The notes: generated by a model not told the origin, from the letters alone. Shown: positions 39,201 to 53,558, counted from the stretch's first letter. The stretch: DNA of 64,000 nt from Parasitella parasitica NRRL 2501 (GCA_025201805.1 MU619350.1:35704-99703), one strand, 5' to 3'. Made by a program: numbers and translations.

Positions 39201-41280
39201 GATTCTGGGTGAATTTGGTCATGGAGATAGCGTTGGCGAACTGGAAGTACTGAGTAAGTAGCACTATTGATTGTACTAATGAAAAAAAAACCCCCGCTAA
39301 CATAACGTAGCTGGCGTGCCTACTTCGTCCACTCTGCATGCTATCCGTGATACTGAGCTTGCTCGCATGCCCAAGACTCTTTTCAATGCGTTGGCTCTTC
39401 GTCATCCTGAAATCACCCTACAGATATCACGTATGGTTGCCTTTAGATCGCTTCAACTTGTCATGCATCGAAATTCGTCTGGCTCTAGTGGTTCTCAATC
39501 TCCTAATATTCTCCATCTCAAGACCAGTGCGGATGCCTCTGCTGCTATTTCGTCCATCACGAGTAACGGGCCCAACAGTTACCCTGAACTTTATGGTCGT
39601 AACAATGTGAATCTCAAGACTATTGGTATCATTCCCGTCAATTCCTCTGTTCCTATTTCTGAATTTGCAGAAAGCCTCAAAACTGAATTGCTTCACTCGG
39701 TGGGCGCCACATGTGCCCTTTTAAATAGTGCCTTTGTAACAACAATGATGGGCAAGTATGCCTTTTCTCGTCTGGGTAAGCTCAAAATGGCATCATGGCT
39801 GGCAGACCAAGAAGAGAAATATCGCATCGTATTGTATTTGGCTGACAGTGGTGTCACTTCTCAATGGACTCGTACCTGTATCCGTCAATCTGATTGCATT
39901 CTGCTCGTTGGTTTAGGTGAAGGCGATCCATCTATAGGTGAATATGAGCGTTTCTTGATCAACATGAAGACAACAGCTCGTAAGGAGCTTGTATTACTGC
40001 ATAGCGAACGCTCCTGCGCCTCTGGCACTACTCAAAATTGGCTGAAAAATCGTCTTTGGATCCAGGCACACCATCACATTTACATGCCCATGAAACAACA
40101 CGCAGCTCTTGCCGTGAACGAGAGATTTAGGCCGCCCTGGTTGGCTGAACAGGGCCTTAAGATGACTACGGGATCTATCAATATGCTGGCCAATGTCAAG
40201 GATCAAATCAAAGAGTACTATTACGCTGTTCCCAACATTAGTCGTCTCTTGGATGACAAGAAGCCCAACGTCAGTTCCATAAATGCAATGGGTTCGCCTG
40301 CGCGCAATGATTTTGCTCGTTTGGCTCGTCGTCTTTGCGGTAAATCGGTTGCGTTAGTTTTGGGCGGCGGAGGAGCTCGCGGAGTAGGCCATGTTGGTGT
40401 GATTCAAGCCATCGAGGAGGCAGGCATTCCTATTGATATCATCGGCGGCACTAGTATCGGAAGCTTTGTTGGTGGTCTCTACGCTCGTAATATGGATCTG
40501 GTATCTGTCATTGCAAGAAGCAAAATGTTTGCTGGCCGTGTTTCGAGCATCTGGAGACAGATCATGGACTTGACATATCCTGTTACGGCTTGGTTCACAG
40601 GCCATGAGTTCAACCGCGCTATTTGGAAGTGTCTTGGGGACAGCCAAATTGAAGACTACTGGCTGCCATTCTATGCGGTTACTACCAACATCACCTTTTC
40701 TCGCATGGAGGTGCATACCGCAGGATATGCCTGGCGTTATATTCGTGCATCCATGTCATTGTCTGGCTATATGCCACCTATTTGTGACAACGGCAACATG
40801 CTGGTTGATGGGGGCTATATGGATAACTTGCCTGTATCTGTTGCAAAAGACATGGGCGCCGACATCATCATCGCTGTTGATGTTGCCTCCGAGGACGATA
40901 CTAGCCCGGTTTACTATGGTGATTCCATTAGTGGTTGGTGGGCTTTGCTGCATGGATTCAACCCGTTCAGAACATACAATGTGCCTAGTATTGCAGACAT
41001 CCAAAGTAGGCTAGCCTATGTTAGTAGTGTTGCTAAACTCGAGGAAGCCAAGGTGACAGACGGTACGTTGTACCTCAAGCTTCCTGTTCAACAATGGGGC
41101 ACACTTGAGTTTGCAAAGTACAATGATATCTTTCAAACTGGGTACGACGTTGGCCGTGAAGTTGTCAGTAAATGGAGAAAAGCAGGATATGCCACTGGTA
41201 GAATATCCGACGATGACCATGATTCGCAGTTGGCAGGCAAAGAAGTAAAGGGAAAGAGAGGTAGACGAAACAGCATTTAA
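36246..41280 (+). CDS. NTE1: Lysophospholipase NTE1 (neuropathy target esterase family)
   Basis: N-terminal TM segments, cNMP-binding domains, patatin motifs LGGGGARG, GGTSIG and DGGY; ends RRNSI*. Two introns near 38990 and 39255. Confidence 0.96.
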
Positions 41281-41904
41281 AGACAATGGGATACATTTGT
41301 ACGCTTTTTTTTTTCTTTACCCTATATTATAACCAATAAAATTAGTATAGTATATATCATGTTTTTATTACAGATGAAGCTCTAGATTTGCCTTTAAAGG
41401 GAACTCTATTATAAGAGCTTTTTTTTTTGTAAGAATCACCACGTTAAACACTGGTTTTCCCTTTGTGCAAACAATGAATGTTTGTGAAGTTTCGAGTTGG
41501 AGAATTTGTCGTTAATGCATCAAATAAACTCACCATTCAAGCTCAGAATTACTTTGATCCATGATATCAACTTCTTTCTGCAAAAACAAAAAGGGGGGTA
41601 GATTTCAATATTAAATGACCATGATATTTCCATACATAACATTTGAAAAAAAAAAAAAAAATTACATGGTCATGTAATATATATGCCTGCCAATATACTA
41701 CTACCTAGAACGGAAATGAAAAGAATGGATCACAAATCAAACAAACAGACGACATGAAAAACATTAGGAATTTTATATTACTTATTACAAATATTGTAAT
41801 TTACCAAAGAACAAGAGAATTTTATTTATAAATATATGTATAATTAATTATTGTATAAAAGGAGAAAATATTACCATCCATTTATTGTTGTTTACAAGCG
41901 TCTA

Positions 41905-42546
41905 TCACAGTAAGGTAATTTCTCCCTCTTCATCGTCGTCCATGTTATAGTCATCAGAATCAGAATCAGTTTCTTGATTTAGAGTGTGTTGCTTCTTCAT
42001 ACTAGTCAGAATTGAAGCTGCCTCTAGCAGCTGAACTTGTTGGTGTTTCGTCAATGAAAGCTTAGAAGACGCTTCCCAATATTCAGAATGCTCCCATTGA
42101 TGTTTAATGAGACTTTTAAGGTGTTTGTATAGTTTGCCGCATTTATTACATCCATGAGTCTCAGATAATGTGGGTCTCTTGCGTTTTGCTACTGGTGCTG
42201 CATCATCATTATCGCTGGTATCTTCATCTGATGATAATAGAGATCTTTTTAATGAAGAGGGTGAGATGGAGCGAGTTGTGGATGCATCTACATGGCCGTC
42301 TTTGTGTAGCTTAAGGGTATATTGTTCTTGTTTAATTGCGTCTGGTTTGGAATGGTCTATTGTGTAATTTTCTGAAATATCTGCTGCTTTATAATCTGTA
42401 ATTGATACCAGAGATGGCAGTGGTGGAGGAGTGATTAATTCAGGCTCCCTCTCGTCTCCGCAGGAAGACGTTGGAGGTGATGGTAAACTATTCTTTTCAT
42501 GAGCCAAATGATTGTCAGTAAAAGTACAAGAAGTGGAGTGAGTCAT
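41905..42546 (-). CDS. C2H2 zinc-finger protein
   Basis: CNKCGKLYKHLKSLIKHQWEH followed by the fungal-conserved SKLSLTKHQQVQLLEAASIL block; intronless. Confidence 0.8.
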   Translation of the reverse strand: MTHSTSCTFTDNHLAHEKNSLPSPPTSSCGDEREPELITPPPLPSLVSITDYKAADISENYTIDHSKPDAIKQEQYTLKLHKDGHVDASTTRSISPSSLKRSLLSSDEDTSDNDDAAPVAKRKRPTLSETHGCNKCGKLYKHLKSLIKHQWEHSEYWEASSKLSLTKHQQVQLLEAASILTSMKKQHTLNQETDSDSDDYNMDDDEEGEITLL

Positions 42547-42587
42547 TGTTAATTCTTTGATTTCGTATATCTATATGTGAGAAAGGT

Positions 42588-42588
42588 G

Positions 42589-42614
<26 letters not shown>
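42588..42614. repeat. (GA)n microsatellite upstream of the C2H2 gene
   Basis: Perfect GA run. Confidence 0.85.
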
Positions 42615-42621
<7 letters not shown>

Positions 42622-44263
42622 GATTAAAAAGAGCATGGTCAGAGCGTTAAAAAGTGTAATTGTTTGGTGGCTTATTTTTAAGGGTCATGAGCCATAGATT
42701 TGTGTGATGATAAGGGGTTTATGTGTATAAGAGAATCAAGAGGCACTGATGAAATTTGGCCACAACTAAATAAGAAACAGCGAGGGAATTTTATAGGGAA
42801 TATTTTTTTTTTTTTCCCAACAAAAGGCATTACGTTACACTAGAATCTATGCAAACATCAGGATATTTAGAGTTCATCATTTGCCGTATATTATTATCAG
42901 TTTTTAAATGTCCCATCAATTAGAATATAACATTACATGTCACTGGATTAAGATGATTCTTACATTAAAGCGCAGGTTTGTTATGTTTATGTGTATGGAT
43001 CCCACAAAGCATTTAGCCTTAAGCCGAAAGCTCGGCTTCTACGATTTTAACCTGATCAATACAAGGCAATCTTAAATCATCTCATAGATACAGTATACAT
43101 GCTAACACAAATAATATGTTCAATTTTGAAAAAATTATGTTCATCAGGAACGAATGATCAAATTCCTACGCATAGGCAAAAACTGGCATCAAGAGCATGC
43201 TGCAGTACGAGACATTCAATAACAAATTCATTTCAAACGATCTAATGTAGATGGTTTTATTAACGGCAGCATGTCTTTTTTGATACAACTTTCAATTTTG
43301 ACTGAAATTTTATTAGAACAAGCAGTTTTTTTTTAGCTAATACAATATAGATTTTCCATCTTTTTGCACCATCTAAAGTTGATGTTCTTCACGCAAAAGA
43401 AGTAAAATAAGATAGAAAACAAAAAAAAAATCGACATCAACTTTACACTCCAAAGTATCTATTAGCTGGAAACAAGCTTTGTAACTGCAGACAGACAGGC
43501 ATTGAAAATCCTTCAAGGCTGACTATGAGCTTATTTTGCTAGGACTTTTGATGCCTTTTTTGGGGGGTTAGGAGAGGATTCACGAGACCAAAATCACATC
43601 AAATTGCTTCCTAGAGTTTGTAGTATCTATCTAATGCACTTTTCTGAGAAAAAATGGGTGATGAAAAATCAATCAATTTCCATCAATTTTGCATGAGGGT
43701 CTACAAGAAAAATTTCAACAAAAACACTTGATCTCAAATTTGAGGGCAAAAACGAGGTTTTTTGTTATGGTATATATTAGTTGAAAATGACCCAAATGAC
43801 CCCAATATTTCTACAGAGCTGCCATTTCAAGAGCTGATTATGCAAAATATGAAACGTTACCCAGAAAACTGCTTTTTCTAAAATTGGTAATCTCTCGGAA
43901 TTTTCTGTGACAATTTTGTCTAAACACTATACAATTAGACACACTATTCAGCACTCTACAGATTATATATAGTAACGGTAGGACATTACATTAATAAATT
44001 TTGGATGCATTGCTGAAAATAGTGTTTAGATGTGTAAAAACTGGCCGTGGTAGAAAAAAAAAAAAAAAAAAGTTGGCGGTATCTCAATACGGTGTGAGCG
44101 ATTTTGAGTTCCCATGCTGGGATAGTCAAAAATGGCACAACAGACAATGGACGTGAATCCTTGATCTCTAGGCGGTTGTAACGTTTTCTCTTCGCAAGAT
44201 ATATTTTACAATTTAATAGATTAATAATTATAAGATAAACGTACTGTGTATTTTTTTTTTTGG

Positions 44264-45882
44264 TTATTTTTTAGTGATTTCTAATGCTTTTTCATCGTCC
44301 TCGTAATCTTCGTCCACAGGAGTTGAGTCTCCACTGAAACTGAACTCATCATTTTGATTACTATTGCTACTCTTGATTTCATCCTTGAGTATCCAAGACA
44401 TAAGTCCTCGGATTGAAGGTCGCACCATATACTTGTCTTTATAGACTGTACTGACGACCACCATGATAGATGCTGCAAATACCAAGTTTTCTGCAGTTGC
44501 TGCAACTTTATGCTCCCACCATCTTCCTTTTTGATGAGGGCTCAGGATGCGCTCAGTGAAAGAAAATAACGCTCTAGGAACTACATAGAGAGTCATCTCT
44601 CCACGACGATGCTTGCTCTCTACCAACAAGGAGAGACCACAAAGCATTGCACCCATCAAAGGGCCTAGCGTATCATCGAGACGGGTTTGATTTACTCCCA
44701 ACACTTGGTGGCCTATTCTTGTCCTTACCAGACAAATGCTGTACCAAATGATGGCAATATAGGTGCCCAGGAATGTAGAAGATCTAACTGACGCTAATAG
44801 AATATGAAGGACTGAGCTTGCAGGACTTTGTAGCAGACGAGATGTCCTAAAAAATAGAGGAGGGGCCAAATGCACAGAGAGGTAAACCTATTGACACAAT
44901 AAATAAATAAACAATGGTGGGTGTCTTGATGCGTTGTTTTGCTGCTTACAGGAAAAATTTTTATGAAACCTTTATAGAATCGATTTAGCGCATTCACTTC
45001 GCAACCATACGGGTTCCCTTCATGGATCACTGAACAATCAATTCGACCAGACACAGGATCGCCGTAGGATCTCGGCAAACCTAGTTTGGTGCAGTAATCA
45101 CCCAATACGTGACCCAAACCTGTATCTTTCTAGAAACATTATATAAATACAAAAAATGCATCTCCCCAGGGCAATGTATAAGTCTACTCACGCCATAAAC
45201 CCAATCGCCTTGTCTAATTGCTCGAAGAGCCTTTAGCAGTCTATCGTCAATACCTGACATGTTTGTAATCCAGCCTGCATAAGATCTAATGACTCTAGGA
45301 GATCAATGCTAATGCAAGGTACCGACACAAATATGACGCCTACCTGGGTAGTCTCTCAGGTTCGTAGAACCACGAGAAAATGATCTCTGTACTTGCCAGC
45401 ATAAATATGGCTATATTGCCATACTCTAATGTCCATTCTGGTACTTTTTGTCTCACCTTTGAAGAAGCATAGATCTTGTGAGCAAAGACGTCAAAAGCAC
45501 GCACTAGCACAAAGAAGGTCAAATCCAACGTTTTAATGTTGGGATATAGACGTCGGATCGACCAGACACTGATCAAGGCAGACCAGAATATAGCAGCCTT
45601 TTGAGATAAAACCTCCTTCTTCTTGTTGAATGCATGACGCAAAAACCTTTGCCCACCAAACGATGCAGCAACGAGCAATGGGAATCCATTTTCTGTGATA
45701 CTTTTCTTTAACAATCGAGGCAAAATAGTGAAAATTGCTTTTTGAATTGCGCTTGATTTATTCTTTTTATCGAGGAGAACTTTAATAATAACCGAGAATA
45801 ACGCTGGTGCTGTTGTGAAAGTCCAGCCTACACCATAAGCGCGTAACATAGTCTTCAATGCAGGCTTTAGATCATCATTCAT
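44264..45882 (-). CDS. TMEM135/PXMP4-like membrane protein
   Basis: TLDLTFFVLVRAFD; EIIFSWFYEPERLP|SYAGWITNMS; RIDCSVIH; RSSTFLG; ESKHRRGEMTLYVVPRA. Three introns. Confidence 0.8.
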
Positions 45883-46017
45883 TCTGCAAAAAAAAAAAAA
45901 AAAAGTAGAGGGAGGAAAAAACGAAATAACACTAAAAAAAAACAAAAAAAAAAAGGAGTGGGAATTGTATAAAAATACTCTTTGGTAGCAGGTTACGCAT
46001 AAACATATGAAAATTAG

Positions 46018-47050
46018 TTAACGTTTCCAATAATTGTAGAACTTGTCGCCATTCTTTTTCATATTTTCGCTCATTTCATCCCATTTGGAGTGGGGTAATC
46101 CAGTATCTGGATCAATCGATTTGATGTTACGGAGTCTGTCCCTGTCATCCCGGAGCCATTGCAAGCAAAGCGACGTAAAGGGCGAATCGACACGCATTTT
46201 GGCTTTATGGAGCTCTTTGATCGCATCAAACTCGGGAAAGTTGGATACCTCATTCAAAGAGAGACATTTGCCGTCAGCAACATGAGCAACGTGTGTTGCC
46301 CAATCGCCTATCCCATCAAATATGTGTGTAGCGTAGACCTGCGTTGTCCCCACCCCCCGTTCGTAAGGATTTTAGAATTGGAGTCTGATATTGACTAATG
46401 TAAAATGGACTTACAATAGTGCACCCTCTTTCCTCTGTCTCCACTCGCAGAAAGTTTAAAAAATCAGCTCTAGCGAGCACATCCAGGTCCACAGTGACTT
46501 CATCGAGTAGTAACAACTCCCAGGGATGCAATAATCCCATCACCAGTTGAACACGGCGACGCTGGCCATCAGAAATTTGGTGCATACGCCACTTTGTATC
46601 CACATCCAATACGTTTAGCAATAATTCAGTGCGTTCGGGCCAGCGGTGGCTACCCATACTCTTGAGCAAATAGTCTACTGATAGGTCTGACTTTACAACA
46701 GGATTGTTTGCCCATTCAGTGCCCAAATAAGTAACACCCTAACAAATTGAATGTATCCAAAAGATGTGTTGGTATATGCACGAGACTCTATGCCTCAAGA
46801 GACTTACTACTGGAGCATCTACAAAGGCATCCTGACCGAGAACTTTGATGGCGCCAGGAATCATTCGCTTGCCAGCCAAAATACGCAACAGTGTCGTTTT
46901 TCCTGCGCCATTAGCACCAACTAAAATACAGCGGTTGCCGGCATCAAGTTTCAAATTCAAGTGATCGATGATCGGAGGTCCACCATACGTGAAAAAGAGG
47001 TCAGAGACGTCAATCGAATGTTCATAATTCTTGTTAAATTTGTTGGGCAT
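46018..47050 (-). CDS. CAF16: Soluble ABC ATPase, CAF16/ABCI family
   Basis: [54 protein letters not shown]; no TM domain. Two introns. Confidence 0.88.
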
Positions 47051-47372
47051 GATTGAAATGATAGATAAAAGGAAAGAAAGATATAAAAAAAAAGAGGTTG
47101 AAAAAAAACGGCAATCATCGCTTTACTTCAAGTCCATCGGAAATCGGTGATTGATGCGATGATGTTGAAATGCTGAACCCAGATGTCTCACATTTTATAA
47201 CAATGACTATATTAATACTTTGGTCTGTGTCATATGATAAAGACATTGTAGTCTCTTCGCAATGGCTAGTTGAGCTTTGAGAAAGCTTCTCGCTACAGTT
47301 TTTAAAAATCCTAGTTTAGTTGATACTAAAAAAAAATGAAATTGTTTAATTCAATTTTACAANNNNNNNNNN

Positions 47373-47427
<55 letters not shown>

Positions 47428-47449
47428 TGTGTATTTACAAATTAACAAT

Positions 47450-48314
47450 TTATTGACCACCATAGTAAACATGTTGCACATCGGCCAGCTTCTTTCCTCT
47501 CATTTTAGCGATATCTTGAGGTTGTTTTTGATGTGACAAGGCTTCAAATGTGGCCTTGATGACATTCATGGGTGTTGTAGAGCCTCTAACTTTGGCGCTG
47601 ATATCTTGTATACCAATACATCTGCAGATCTCGTGGACATAATGGTTTGTGCGAATGCCAAAGCCTGGAGGTCTTGCACGTAACTCCAGAGTAGTTGCAT
47701 GAAATTTGTGTGTGAGATCCATGGCCAAAGTACGTTCATCATAACGCTCAAAGTAGCGCATGTTTTTAATGGCTCTGTTGGTAGCCTTACGAACAGCACG
47801 ACTCGCCTCTTCGTCTTTGCCTTCGCCATAGCCTGCTAATCCATTGCCATTACCAACAACGACAAGAGCATACATGCTAGGCTGTTTACCCTTGCCGTTC
47901 ATATTAACAACACGCTTGATGACCAGCGCTTTCTTCATTAAACTGGATTGTTCACTAGCGTTGAGAGGTGAATCGATAATGTCTGTTACGGCGTTCAATA
48001 CAACATCGGATGGACGGTGCGAAGTGAATAATCTGGGTTGCTCTAAAGTATTGGGTTTTTCCGTAGGGAAATCGAGGATAGAATCGAGTTTATCGAGTTG
48101 AGGCACATTGTCTTTGTTGAGAGCTTTATTTCTCTTGTTGCTATAATCCTCGTTGCCTACAGACGCATAGTGACGAACTTTACAAGATGTGACTAAAATT
48201 GTAGCGATTAGGCTGCTATGTGGATCTACGCAGTATCAATGTTACTATACCTGATGTAATTCGAGGAGCTGATACAAGTGCCAATTTGTTCAAGGATCGT
48301 CCGAGGGCCAACAT
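47450..48314 (-). CDS. MRPS5: Mitochondrial ribosomal protein uS5m
   Basis: KRVVNMNGKGK...LVVVGNGNGLAGYGEGK; RARPPGFGIR; IAKMRGKK. Presequence exon plus one intron. Confidence 0.92.
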
Positions 48315-48506
48315 GACAAAAGATCAAAATGTAGAATATATATTTAAAAAAAAAAAAGAGAGGAGAGATTAGCAAGGGGCTTGATTTTTGACAAGGTGTT
48401 GCACTCATTTTGTCCCATTTAATCTCAACCGAGGCTTCTGCTCGAGGGGAAGCCACCCATTTCGAATCAGAAGGGGCCAGTGTATCGCCTCAAGAGGTAC
48501 GATTCG

Positions 48507-48514
48507 TGACGTCA
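48507..48514. promoter_or_regulatory. CRE/ATF palindrome TGACGTCA in the MRPS5-NDUFS8 bidirectional promoter
   Basis: Perfect 8-bp palindrome almost exactly midway between the divergent ATGs (48314 and 48700). Confidence 0.4.
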
Positions 48515-48699
48515 ACGTTATGATACGATGCTGCCCTTCTTTGCTTGGCTTGCTTTGCTTGAGAGGGGGTCGAATTGTTTTGAGGTCCAAAGAGAAAAAA
48601 GTAGCTTTCAGCAAAGGAAATAACTTTTTTCTTTTCTTCATCCCCCAACTCTTAGCAATAAAATCCCCCCACTCTTGTTTTTATACAAACAAAAATATA

Positions 48700-49637
<938 letters not shown>

Positions 49638-49868
49638 AATGTATAAAACCATTAATAAAAAAAAATAAACCCCCCTCCCCCAAGTCGCGATATATACTTA
49701 TGTATACAATGAATTTCAAGCATCTAATTGATTTAATATAAACAATAAAATAATGCAGAATATCAATTGAATGGATGTACTCTCCATTTCAGCAAAATCC
49801 AGCGATTTCGAAATAGACTAGGATATCATGTCATACATGTTGATTCTCTAAAAACGCCCTTTTATTCT

Positions 49869-50519
49869 TTATAATACATGTTTCTTTACGAATTCCTTTG
49901 CAGCATTCAATCCACGTTCATGATATACGGCTCCAACAAGTGCTTGGACAGTCTGTGATTTGACAGCAGGAGAGACAGTGTTTTGTGGCTACGTGGGAGA
50001 ACAAAAATGTCAGACAAAACGGACCTGTCGAAACAAAAAAAAAAAAAAAAAAATGTATTTACCAAATGACATTGCACACCAGCTTCCAGACTTAGAGCAT
50101 CAAACTTTGTACTCAAGTAAGCAGGATCCAACACATCCAGGACAGCCTTTTGTAATTGCTCAGCACTCTTTGCTTTTTCCATGTTTGCTTCTGTAGCAAA
50201 GAATTCGAGAGAGCGATGACCGACATATTGAAGACGTTCGTTGGAGGGGATCTTGCCATGTTTGAAGGATTTGTGTGTTAAGGCTTGAGTCAGTACGCTG
50301 GGAGTCAGGTTGAATTGTTCTGCCATTGACTGTGCATTAAAGTCAGGAGAAGCACTTTTCTCGGCGAGCAAGGATCGACTGGTGTGAATGGAACGACGGC
50401 TTTGTTGAGCTAAATGTTCAGGAAATACTCAATGTCTGCATCTTGGACCATAAACTAGATGTTTTTGTTTTTTGTTTTTCTTTACCTGCCATGAGCTTGG
50501 ATGCGCTTGCTCTCAACAT
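49869..50519 (-). CDS. RNase III-like mitochondrial ribosomal protein (mL57/yeast MrpL15-like)
   Basis: Presequence MLRASASKLMA...RRSIHTSR; ALTHKSFKHGKIPSNERLQYVG; QALVGAVYHERGLNAAKEFV. Catalytic acidic residues are degenerate. Confidence 0.8.
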
Positions 50520-50739
50520 ATTTTCCAAGACGACAAAGATAGAGTGAATAACAAAAAAGGATAAAACTGCTTATAAAGCTGGGGTGAACATCCAAAGAAG
50601 GGTATGCTGGGAGTTTGTAACGTAGTGGCTTTTTCCATGAGCTTAAACCTCCGAATTAACTCTTTTGATGTTGAAAGACGCGTTTTCTGTGCAGCGAAAT
50701 AGGCCAAACCAGCTTTCTTTTTCAACTTGTAAAAAAACC

Positions 50740-53350
50740 ATGTCTGCGCCCAAGAGACCTAGAATTGACATTGATTACTACGAACAGCCAAAAACCATTG
50801 GCTATTTCGATTCCGTTATCAATTCTCTACATGTTGATCTAGACAAGGAAAATGCAGATACAAGCTTCAGTGCACCTGACCTGTCCTATTTCACTGCACA
50901 CTTTCAAAAATTTCAATTGGACCACTTGGGCAAAGATGCCATGGAGAAAGCCAAGGGCCAGCACAAAACATTGCAGACGGGTGTGCCTTTTTCATTATTT
51001 GATGTCCATCACTTGGACCCTGATTCTTCTTTGTACTGCATTCTGAAAGCTGCTTATAAGTATAAATCGGATAATGCCATTGTCGATTGGCGATTTGACG
51101 CTGAAGATGAGATTCCAACCTACTTGAAGATGGTGCAAGTGATCAAACAAGCACTGGTTGATGCTGAATTTGATATCAGCATTCCGTGTGTCTTGTTTCA
51201 CGCCACTGTCGTCGAAGAAAAGAAGCAAAAGCTCACTCGACTAGTTGAAGGTTTAGGAGGTAAGAACCATGAAGCAAGCAGCTTGCAAACACACTGCTAA
51301 AACCAAACCTCAATTAGGTACCGTTGCCAAGAGAGACTATGAAGCAACATTTATTGTTTACAACGAGGAAATTGCTCTGGACAAACACCACAAAAACTGG
51401 AGAATCGTCAGCAAGGAGGAGGACGAACAGGCATTGGTTCACTGGATTGGACTTCCTGATTCTTACAATTCCAGAATGTCACTTGGTGCTTGCTCCAAAG
51501 AAAAAGAACAGGAGGTAGATGTGCCGCAAGAAAAGCAAAAGGCACCGTGGAATGTCGCATCGAATTGGATTGAAGACAGCGCTAAATACAATGAATGGAT
51601 GTCGCCGTTAGACTATGTGATGGTAGACAAGCAAAAGACACAACCACCCAAACGAAAGAGGCCTACTGAGGAGGAATTAGAAGAGGAAGAAGCCAAAAAG
51701 AAACAAAAAACACCATTACCCACACAAGAAGACATTGCACGTCAGTTTATGCCAGTGCAGCAACACGAAATCATCACTCCATCTTACGCTGCATGGTTTG
51801 ATATGGCAACAATTCATTCTATCGAGTCCCGTGGATTGCCAGAATTCTTCAACAACAAGAACAAGTCGAAAAACCCTACAATTTACAAAGAATACCGTGA
51901 TTTCATGGTCAACACATACCGTCTAAATCCGTTAGAGTATCTGACTGTTACCGCATGCAGAAGAAATATGACAGGAGATGTGTGCGCCATCATTCGTGTG
52001 CATGCATTCCTTGAACAATGGGGTCTGATCAACTATCAAGTAAGTTTTGCTTTTTTTTTTTGTCCTCATCTGGATGTGAACGTTATGCTAAGCAATGTTT
52101 AGATGGATCCTGCTGCTAAACCAACAGCCATCGGCCCTCCCTTTGAAGGTCAAATCAAAATAATAGCAGAGTTTCCGATAGGCCTTAAAAGCGGTCTCAA
52201 GACAGAAGCCAAAGATGCTGATATGGCCACCACTGCCTCGCATCACACGTTGGAAAACGAAAGTGATGCAAATCATGCAGAACCAACCTCTGCCTCCGCC
52301 GACTCACCTAAAGACACATATAAAAGGACGAACAATCCCACCTTAGATTTAAATTTAGATTTGCGTGTTGACATTTATGAAGCTGCTGCCAGAATGTACG
52401 AAGAAAAGAGAAACCTAGAGATTTGCGCCTCTTGCGAGGCAACGTCTAAAGAAGGGTATCGCCACGGCACAACGTTTGTTTGCTCAACATGTTACGAAGC
52501 TGACAAAATCCCTGAAAGCAGTAAAAAGGAAGATTTCAGCAAAAAACAATTACCACAAAAGGAGACTGAATGGACAGAGCAAGAAGACATGTTTTTATTA
52601 GAAGGACTAGACATGTATCCTGACGATTGGGACAAGGTAGCCAAGCATGTGTCCACAAGGAGTCGTGATGCCTGTATTTTGCACTATCTCAAATTGCCTA
52701 CTGCCGATCCTCGCATTGACCCTCAAGTAAAGCGTTTGGGCCTCTTGGATTTTAATAGAAAAGATGACGTGGAGAATCCCATAATGTCGGTTGTCGCTTT
52801 TTTGGCTGCAAATGTCAAGCCCAAGGTAGCAGCCTCGGCTATCCGTGATGTAGAAAATGACGACGAAAAAGACATGGAATTAACAGACGACCAAGCACAA
52901 ATCGATTCTTTGAATGCCACCTACACTTTAATTCAGACCAAAATCGCACAGCTCTCTTCGCGCATGTCCGGGTTTGAAAAGATGGAGACACTGGTTGATA
53001 AGGAGCGACGCGATTTAGAAAAGGAACGATTCTTGATCCGTCAAGAGCACTTTGCGATACGTAACCAAATGGATGGTATTTATGGACAAATGTTTAAAGC
53101 AAGACAGGCCAAGGTATTAAAGGAGCAACAACATAGAATGGCGTTGGAATTGCAGCAACAGCAAGCAAAAGAAGAACTGATGCCAGCCAATGTTGTAGTG
53201 AGATTACCACATGAAATGCTGTCTCCTGACGAATTGGAAGCTCAAAATCAATTGCGATCAAAATACCCAGTTCAATATTTACAAAGACAACATGCTTTAT
53301 CTATCCAATCACAACAGCAACAGCAGCAGCAACCACAACAACAACCACAG

Positions 53351-53391
<41 letters not shown>

Positions 53392-53395
53392 ATAG
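50740..53395 (+). CDS. SWI/SNF-RSC subunit SMARCC/Swi3/Rsc8
   Basis: SWIRM (PSYAAWF...LPEFF...[17 protein letters not shown]...[13 protein letters not shown]), SANT ([13 protein letters not shown]...W.KVAKHV), [11 protein letters not shown], coiled coil, polyQ tail. Two introns. Confidence 0.93.
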
Positions 53396-53558
53396 CAACA
53401 GCAATAGCGACACACTGTGCTTTTTTGCTGGTACCTCTATGCTCCACCAAAACAACTCTACTATATAAATAATCTCCCTTCCCTCTCCTTGACGTCCTTC
53501 TTATATATTGAAACCATTCTTAACAGATAAAACATTAACCTCTTGCTATTATTGATAT

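Noticed and set aside
45958-45964. GTGGGAA CSL-type site upstream of TMEM135
   Set aside because: A single 7-mer is expected several times by chance in 64 kb.
48431-48590. U11 snRNA-like GGCTTCTG and an Sm-like AATTGTTTTG
   Set aside because: Lacks the U11 5' AAAAAGGGC end and a canonical Sm site; kept only as an unassigned structure.
49869-50519. Second RNAi-related RNase III near Dicer
   Set aside because: Mitochondrial presequence and degenerate catalytic motif fit ribosomal mL57 better than an R3B2-type nuclease.
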